A stretch of 63,083 nt of DNA, filler included. It is 12 parts of 12 records of this genome, joined end to end, with 100 filler letters (N's around TTAATTAATTAA, not from the genome) between each part and the next. Parts side by side here need not be neighbours in the genome. Positions count along the whole stretch, not along the records: positions 53,892 to 57,788 come from SRR9670534_163; positions 57,889 to 63,083 come from SRR9670534_166; 10 more parts are not named here. One strand, 5' to 3'. Shown in pieces: positions 55,150 through 63,083 of this stretch. Both the position numbers and the translations under genes were made by a program. The notes beneath the pieces are model-generated. The model had not been told where the DNA came from, did no database searches, and saw only the letters and a program-made list of their open reading frames with translations. Numbering within the stretch: the stretch's first letter is position 1; the number at the start of each line of letters is the position of its first letter.

Positions 55150-56330
55150 CAATGTCTGCTTTCAATGAAAGCAATTGAACCAAGTGGCTTTTATGAACTC
55201 ACTTTTCTGGGTGAGCCATAATCCTGTTGCCACTTAGTTTGGTGCCAAATGAAAAATGAACATGTCTAGATTTTTGCCAAGTTTTTCAAGGCTGTGTATA
55301 GCTCTCAAAAATTCTTTGGATATAAGAGCATTGATGTTTTTGGATATAGGCCTTGCACTTCTGAGAAGAGATCTGGACAATCAAGCCCCTTTACAGCTGT
55401 GGCTGGATTATTTATCTAAAGAACCCTCTAATGTTACTTACAGAAGAGAAACTTCTAGCTTTTGAACAAAGTTTTACCTGATACTTTACCAAAAAACAAT
55501 GCTTTCTTTGCTAGTGTAGAAGAGATTGTGGGTTCTTCTACCAGCCAATTGTTTTTTTTGCCAATGCACATTCTTCAGACCTTGCTGGTATTGCTGGTAT
55601 TTCTGCTATTTTTGGTATAATTTTTTTTCTTTCTTTATTATTGTTATTATTATTATAATGATAGATTTCCCACAGTGCCTTATTCTACTGCATGCATTTA
55701 GTATCTCTCGACACTGACAAACTTGAGACCATTATTCATGAGTCTCACAAAAAATGTCTCTTTTGGGTCACAATAATAATGAAAGAAAAATTAGCAGTCA
55801 CATTGGTTGGATAAAGTGTCCTCAAATTGATATGTTTTATAAAGTTACTTATTATAAAGTAATTCACAGTTACTTGAATATACAGGCCATTTGTTAGCAT
55901 TTTGATTGGCTAATAAAAGAGCTTCTAACCATCAGATCTGTCTATGTCCCTAATGAGGTTGTTTCTAAATATATTTTAGAAAAAAATCAAGTAAGAGAAC
56001 ATTGTCATAATAACTCTTACTTACAGTTGGAAGTTTCCTAGCAATAAGCTATTGCTTTTGCATCTAATTCTTTCTATTTGGCTTTGCTATTCCTTAAGCA
56101 TATTCATAACACATCACCTTCCAAAGAAGGCTTCAAAAAAAATGTCCTGAAAGTCATAGATCTAAGAAAGAATATGCATGTAAAGAATTTTTAGTGGAAG
56201 TTTGTAAGAAATCTACTAATATATGCAAATACTTACATAATAAGGCAGTGGATAGGCACCCCATGTTTTTTACCAGAGAAAACCCTTCTAAAAAGAAGAA
56301 ATAATTAATAATTAATTTATTATTATTTTA
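55150..56330 (-). pseudogene. Decayed, apparently intron-containing gene; possibly a SWIM zinc-finger (MULE-type) transposase
   Basis: Two GTAAGT donors with coding-like segments, QCDC*FFFHYYC (SWIM-like CxC...C) and a downstream CSFFIW (GRF-finger-like). Many stops. Confidence 0.3.
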
Positions 56331-57276
56331 AAAATTTTATAATTTTTCAAAGTTTAGGTAGTATGGCACTACTTGATGCTATGCATCTTTTGCAGTTGCC
56401 TGATCTTTTACTTGTTTCAGCAAAAGAATATGTGCTATCTGTGTTAAAGTATAGTAACTTGTCTGCCCTAGCTATATATGACTTTAAAAACTGCTTTTAT
56501 TTGAATGTTTGACCATCTACCCTCTCTGGGATTGCTTCAAAGTATGAAAATAATCTTAGATGGGCCAATATTACTACAGTGTAGCAAATCTATAACAAGT
56601 TGATTAAATTGGGTGGCTATTTTGCTGATTTCAGTAACTGATTAATGAGTATTACCCAAACACATTACCCTTATAACTTTATTAGCACTTATAATGCCTT
56701 ACATAAATAACATCATATTTATATAGGGAATCATCTCAAAAGTTTGCATAATACTACCAAGTGATTTTGAAAAATTCTAAAATTTTCATGTGATAAGCTT
56801 TAAAAACTGTGTTAAGCTTTTTATATTACTTACCTTATGGCTTAATAGATGTTAAGAACATTTTGGAGTATTTACTTTTCTTTAAAGTAGCACTGTAGTT
56901 ATGCCAATTAGCTCAAAATCTAAATCATAAAGTTTCTCTATATTATTGTTATTATTATTATTATAATATTAAGTTTATTAAGTTTAGCTGAGTATGCCAT
57001 GTTTGTTTTTGTTTATCATATCATTATTGATAACAATAAATAATAAAGTACTTTTATTATCAAATCTTTCTTATGTTATCTTGTTAGTAAATGGATGACA
57101 TCAGTATACAAGCAGGTGGAGACTTATCTCATTAAATTTGAGCTTTGCAAATTTTTCAAACTTACAAGTTTACTGAGTATGTCTGACATCTTTTTCTAAA
57201 ATGCATAATAATTGTGATTATTTTAAAATAATTTATTAAATTTTGTCAAGTTACCCCTAACTTTAGGAAGTTCTTA

Positions 57277-57788
57277 GTGAATGCTATTGACAGATGTTGC
57301 TATTTGTATAGCTATTTATATGAAGAAGATACAAAACTTATTGATTTTATTAATAATAAAGTAAAAGCTCCAACTTTTGCACTGATTCACATTAAAAACA
57401 CTAAGTTTAAGCAATTAATTTTAAATATAGAGTTGTTTTTGAAGCTTCAGAAAGTCATCAACCAAACTAATGTCTATTGTATTGTAAAACATGGCACATG
57501 GTTAATTACTAATAGAAAATTACCTGTTATTGCCCATTCAAGAAATAACCAGGAATTCATTGATGACTTTAATACTTGGCTGCCTCAGTTTCAAGAAGAA
57601 ATTGATTGTGGTAATCTTCTGTTCATAAATACACTTTCAGCCATCATTTTTTCTCTCTTTCTTGTTTCTAAACCAGACAGAAAAATAAGGCTAATTACTA
57701 ATGGAAAACAATCCCTAAAAACAGGGTTTAACTCTTATAGCTCTAATCCTCCATCCTTTATTATTATTATTATTATTTATTGGCTTCT
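57277..57788 (+). mobile_element. Fragment of a DIRS/Ngaro-like (tyrosine-recombinase retroelement) reverse transcriptase
   Basis: FQEEIDCG..SLFLVSKPDRKIRLITN..GFN resembles the start of the RT domain (E...G..SPl..VPK.DGK.RLI.D...S.N). Cut by the contig end. Confidence 0.5.
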
Positions 57789-59009
57789 NNNNNNNNNNNN
57801 NNNNNNNNNNNNNNNNNNNNNNNNNNNNNNNNTTAATTAATTAANNNNNNNNNNNNNNNNNNNNNNNNNNNNNNNNNNNNNNNNNNNNTAAAATGAAAGA
57901 GTTATTCTCAAAAAATGTAGCTACCTGATAACTACATATTGAATTAAGAATCTTAATTTTAATCTTAATTTAAGATTGATCTATATTTCTAGGATAGAAA
58001 CAAGTCACTTACAGGTCCCAACAATGCAAGTTGCAAAGAAAAGTAAGTATATATTTCTCAGGCAGCAACAGAACATACTTTCCTTAACAACATTAAACGT
58101 TAATGATAATAACAAAAGTCTTATTATTATTAATTGAAATTGATCCTATCGCGATATTAGTAGTGACACATAAACAGCATTATTATACATGAACAATTAG
58201 TTGTTATCACAATTGCTGTCACAATTATCATACCGGCACTCATAACTAGACATAATGTGCACCATTATTCATTTATAATGGTCAAATGTTATTTCTTTAT
58301 GCTTGATAACCATAACAGTCTGCATTATCTATTCAGGGGATTGTGTCATTATTGTGTTTCAAGAAATTAGTTGAAGTCAACTACTACTACTACTACTACA
58401 AATACTCTTACTACTAGTAATATTAAAATTTGTCTGATCTATGAATGTCCTTGGTGTAGCAAGACCTGAAAAAATGTTATTAAAGCCCAATAGTTATAAA
58501 TGGACCTAGAATTTTTAACTGTTCTAAGAGCGAAACATAAGCGACAAGTGTAGCTTACACTGTGTAAGTGCCAGCGTGTCCTATCGTCACCAGTACTACT
58601 CTGAGAGTACTACTACTATAGTACTACTCTGAGAGTAGCAATAAATAGATCTCTGAGATATAGGCTATATCATATAGCATACAGGTATGAAAACGAGTCG
58701 TTTACATACAGTTTGCAACATACCTGTATGCCATATCCTTGTTGTAATGATACTTTCAAAACCAACGAAGGTAATTAACTTTATTAATTAATAATAATCA
58801 TTATAGCAACCATAAAGTCTGATGAATCAATGGCTTTCTCAAAGTTCAAGATTTCCTCCATTTTGATTTATCTGTTATTATAATCTTATCAACATATGTA
58901 TTGTAGCTATAGCGAATATTACAAAAGTACTGTTTCCAATACACGATTAAAATTCTGGACTCCAATTGGAGTATTTAAAAACACAACACTTTCTAAGAAT
59001 TTGAAAATG

Positions 59010-62000
59010 CTATTGAAATCGTTGATGATAAACCTAATTAAATGGTATACAATAGAATTTTATTCCACAAGTATTGCTTTGACTTTACCAAAATTTAATC
59101 TCGGTGGAAGTATTGATCTATAATTTATAGACTATAATTTATAGACTATAAAGTATATACTATAGATAGATTCTATAGGCTTACAGACATCAATCACCTC
59201 ATACAAACCAAACTATAAGAAATTGGGCTGAATCAACACTGTTTATAAGTCTCAAGCAGATTATATTTTATTTGTAAAAAAAGTAATTATATTTGAAAAA
59301 AAGTTGGATAAGTATTCTACTAAAAATTTGCTGAGCCATTTGCATGTCTTTTTTGTACCTAAAAGCAGCAACAAATTCTAACTATTATAGTGAATAGTAT
59401 TGACTCAATACATATGCTATTGACAGTTATTAATTTATATTATAATTTTAAACATATGTAACCTTACCTGAGCAATTCTTTTACTTGCAGCTTCGCTTAA
59501 TATTTTTTGATGCATTCTAGAAGTCAATTCATTGTCATACACACTGTGGGATCCTCTACGTCCACCTTGATGATTCTCAAAGCTATTAATATCATGCATT
59601 CTGATATTTTCACCATAAGTAACCTCAGAATAAATTTGATGTCCATCATCGTCTGCACTCAGGGAACCATAATCATCATTTCTATCTGCTCGATGATGAC
59701 TATGATCATTACTTTGATTCAAAATAATTGGGCGTCTTGGTAGTGTTGTTTGGCGAACGCTTTTAATGTGGCGTTTACGAACAATTAAGATTATGATTGC
59801 ACAAATGATAATAATAGCAACAATGGAACCAACAGCAATCAAAGCAGTTGCTGTTGTGTCAGGTCCAACATTAGAAGATTTGGTAGAATACCTTTCATTA
59901 AGTTGTGTTGTTTCTTTTGACTTTGAACTTCTTGTAATTGTTCCATCCTTTGAAGTTTCTGCACCCTGTGAAGTTTTCTCTGACTTTGAAGAACTTAAGA
60001 TAGTGGATGTGGATTTTTTGGATTCTTCTGCTCCAGAAGAAGTTACTGGGGTAGGTATAGTGGATGGAATAGTTTGAGGCACATATTCCCTTTTCTTAAC
60101 TTCAACAAAACTTTGCCCAACATATTGGGCATTACTCAATTGGCTAACTTCAGCTATAGCTAACTTAGCATTGAATGCTTTTTGTTTGTCTTTTACTATT
60201 TCAACAACATCTGTTGTGTTTTTAACAAACATTGCTTCATAATGAACATCAAGATTTGCATTTGATGAGGGCTTTCCATCTACATTTTTCCTGATCCTTG
60301 CATGTGGTTGTTGGCTTGCTTTCATTGATTTCCTCAATATTATTTGATTAATATTGATACCAATAAACCCAGAAAGATCTTTAAACATATTCTCTAGCTA
60401 CAATTTTAATAGTAATTACTAATAACTTTATTATAATAATTATTAATAATAAAAATATTTTAGTAATTGTAATATATTATATAATAATAAAATTTTAAAA
60501 TCACATGATTTTTTTTTAATATGATATAATGTTTTTTGAATATGATGTCATATAATTAAATTTTAAATATCATAATAATAATAATAAGAAGTATATTAAA
60601 AATATTATTTTTGCTTCACCTGTTTTCCAAAGGTTCTCTTGAATTTAATGTGTGCTTCAGACTCTGGGTTTCTTAGAGCTGCATTCAATTTATTTATTTC
60701 AGCCATGTCAGCAATATTTAGCTGTAATGTTAGTTCAACCTCAACAATTTCCTGTGTAGCTGGATTTGGTAATTTTTTTAGATGAGTACATCTTCTAGCA
60801 GGCAAAGGAATATGTTTAGCCAATACATCTGTCTTAAAGTGAAGAATGCTGGCACTTGGAAAATGGTCTATTACATTTTCTTTGCGTCTGGGAAATTTAG
60901 AACTAATAGCATTATGTAAGGATGAGGTATCACTAATAACATTTTTTGAGACAATTCCTATCATTACAGTTATCTCAAGAGATTTTGCATGTAAAAAAGC
61001 TTTTAGGTAATGTGTTGGTATAAGAAGACATTGTGATGACACATGTGATTTATTGGATACTGCATTTGCCACTATATAAACCAAAGAAGCTGCTAAAACA
61101 TCTTTACTATTGGAAGATAACCTACCATTTTCAATATTCATGTTCTTTGGTATTGTTAAACTCAAGTCAATATTAACTGGGTAATAATAGTAAATGGTTT
61201 TTACAAATTTCTCCACTTCTCCTGTAGTAGTTAATTTAATGTGTTTGGGCTCAGATATAGTTATGACTGGTGGATCATCACTAGTCCATAAATCAGATGG
61301 TGAAAGATTTTCTTTAATTTGAAATTTGACTAAATAGCTAAAAAGACAATTATATTTATTAATTTTCTTCAATTTTAAAATAGCTAAAAAGTAATTTTGT
61401 TCTTATTATTAATAATTTGTAATGCTATCAGTATTTAATAATTTGAACATCATTAATTTTATCTGTACTACCATTATTATTAATCGAGATTTAATAATTC
61501 ATATATCCCATTACATAGATATATTTTTATCAAATAATAAGATAGTATACAAATATACTAATAATTTGTTATTTATTATTAACAATTTATTATTTATTAA
61601 TGATAATAATAATTGGAAAATATCAAACATATTATAATACCTAGTGTTACTAGCAATTGTCCCTTCATACACCAAGACATCTGTACTTGTTTTGCTGCTC
61701 TGAAATTCATTAAAACATTTTATATTACTAATATATTATAAACTTCTTATATGAAAACTAGTTGTTAGTGATAAATAATACAATATTGCAAAGCATTACA
61801 AATTCTTTTTTAATTTCTTCAATTAAAATTGCATCCAAGTTGATATCCAAAACAGAATACAAATTTATGCTACTACTTAAATGGACAGAATAATCTGACA
61901 ATTCATCCAAAGGATAACTTGAAATTGCACATTGAGGTTTAGTTGCAGCATCTAACATAATTGTCTTTCCATTGTTAATTATATTCAAGCTAATATCATT

Positions 62001-62280
62001 TATCTTTGTAGTAATAGGTTTAAACCCTTTGGTAAATTCATTGTTAAATAAATTAATCATTTGTCTAATGAATTTTGGATTAGATAACTGATATAGGTTG
62101 ACAAATCTTTTATCTACTAAAGCTTTAAATGAAAAAGTTGTTTTAAACAAGCGAACATTATTTCCCAGGGGTCTTATTGGTGATGGATTAATTTGTGGCT
62201 GAGTATAAGCAAGACATAGTAAACCATGTGGACCTCTTTCAGCATTTTTGAGCTGAAACATTAATAATAATTCTGAATTT
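59010..62280 (-). CDS. 3' part of a type I membrane protein with a SEA-like domain, Ser/Thr-rich stalk, TM helix and Tyr-motif cytoplasmic tail
   Basis: VEVELTL..LRNPESEAHIKFKRTFGKQ|LENMFKDLSGFIGINI (SEA-like), an S/T-rich stalk, TM ALIAVGSIVAIIIICAIIILIV then RKR, and a tail with YGSL and YSEV. The probable last exon is VYHQRFQ* (59010-59033). Confidence 0.65.
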
Positions 62281-62669
62281 CTGAAAATTTTATCATATAA
62301 CAAAATACATATTATCAACTTCATTCAATTTACAACAGTAGTTTTAATAAGCTAAAAGTACTGTTATGAATTGTAATGCTGATAATATGAACTTTATTAA
62401 TAATAAATTATTATATGACATCAATGTTACTTGGTAGGCTTTACCTTATTATTATAGTACAGCAACCAAGTATATGTAAACTATTGGGTGAGTGAAAGAT
62501 AAAGTAGCCTCTTATAATTAGTAGCTAGTAATTATTAATTACTGATTTCTGGAAAAAAAATGTTCTGTTATGCCTACAACATATTAGCATCCTAAAATAA
62601 AAGTCGCAGAAACACATTTTGCGACTTTTCCCCTTAAAATGCTAACCATACAAAATTTTATAAAACTGG

Positions 62670-62770
62670 CTTAGTTTGGCATAGGTCACCACATAACTAG
62701 TTTTATCAACCAACAACCACCTTAGTTTGGCATAGATCACCATATGACTAGTTTTACCGACCAACAACCA
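62670..62770. repeat. Tandem duplication of a 50-bp unit
   Basis: CTTAGTTTGGCATAG..CCAACAACCA twice, with 5 differences, all transitions. Confidence 0.85.
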
Positions 62771-63083
62771 GAAGACCCAAAGATAGTCATCTTCATTATC
62801 CAATTTGTATATTGATGACTACTGTGATAACTAAGATGACTAGTCACTAGTCCTCATAAAAACATGAAGAAGGCTACTTTATTTCACACCCACCTACTAA
62901 TATACTTATATAGTAATATCCATAATTTCGTGCTGCCTAATGTAAGTATAGTAAGGTTATGCGTATTTGGAATCCTATAGAAAGGTTATAGTCATGCTAC
63001 GGTAAAGTAAGTATTAGCACATTCTGAACGAAGTAAATTACGTTTCCCGTGCCTTTTTTTAGGTAAAACCCATTGAAAATCAA

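Noticed and set aside
3567-57888. Regularly repeated TTAATTAATTAA within N runs as a biological repeat or CRISPR-like array
   Set aside because: It is a fixed 100-bp assembly spacer with stops in all frames. Gene order across spacers was therefore not interpreted.
58819-58850. CTGATGA as a hammerhead ribozyme core
   Set aside because: No stem II followed by GAAA and no pairing arms were found.
877-61637. Numerous 60-150 aa ORFs in the track that are antisense to real exons or lie in AT-rich DNA (e.g. 17414-17758, 28422-28877, 47127-47366, 59766-60077)
   Set aside because: They are shadow or low-complexity ORFs with no motifs or splice support.

Overview
AT-rich eukaryotic DNA, most likely from a compact invertebrate animal genome (IL-17-like, synaptobrevin, polycystin, TSP1 and SEA-domain genes; GT-AG introns mostly 45-250 nt). 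The window is twelve contig pieces joined by eleven artificial 100-bp spacers (N44-TTAATTAATTAA-N44), so adjacency across spacers is not biological evidence. Gene-rich pieces hold SLC25A32, PIGB, two tandem LMW-PTP/ACP1 paralogs, VAMP, STAMBP/AMSH, the 3' end of a polycystin, two IL-17-like genes, ANAPC1, an MFS last exon, a dispanin exon, hexokinase, a TSP1 last exon, a divergent RanBD gene and a SEA-domain membrane protein. About 46-58 kb is decayed mobile DNA (CR1/L2-type LINE, SAP-motif ORF, collagen-repeat pseudogene, possible SWIM/MULE and DIRS/Ngaro RT relics). Best leads: (1) repeats and transposons show near-exclusive C:G>T:A changes, many in CpA/TpG and CpC contexts and without indels, resembling fungal RIP in an animal; (2) hexokinase has an unannotated upstream exon encoding a PTS2-like peroxisomal signal, plus two other candidate N-termini; (3) one LMW-PTP paralog carries the Thr P-loop signature of protein-arginine phosphatases; (4) a tandem pair of very divergent IL-17-like cytokines. 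All gene models were read by eye, and no database search was run.
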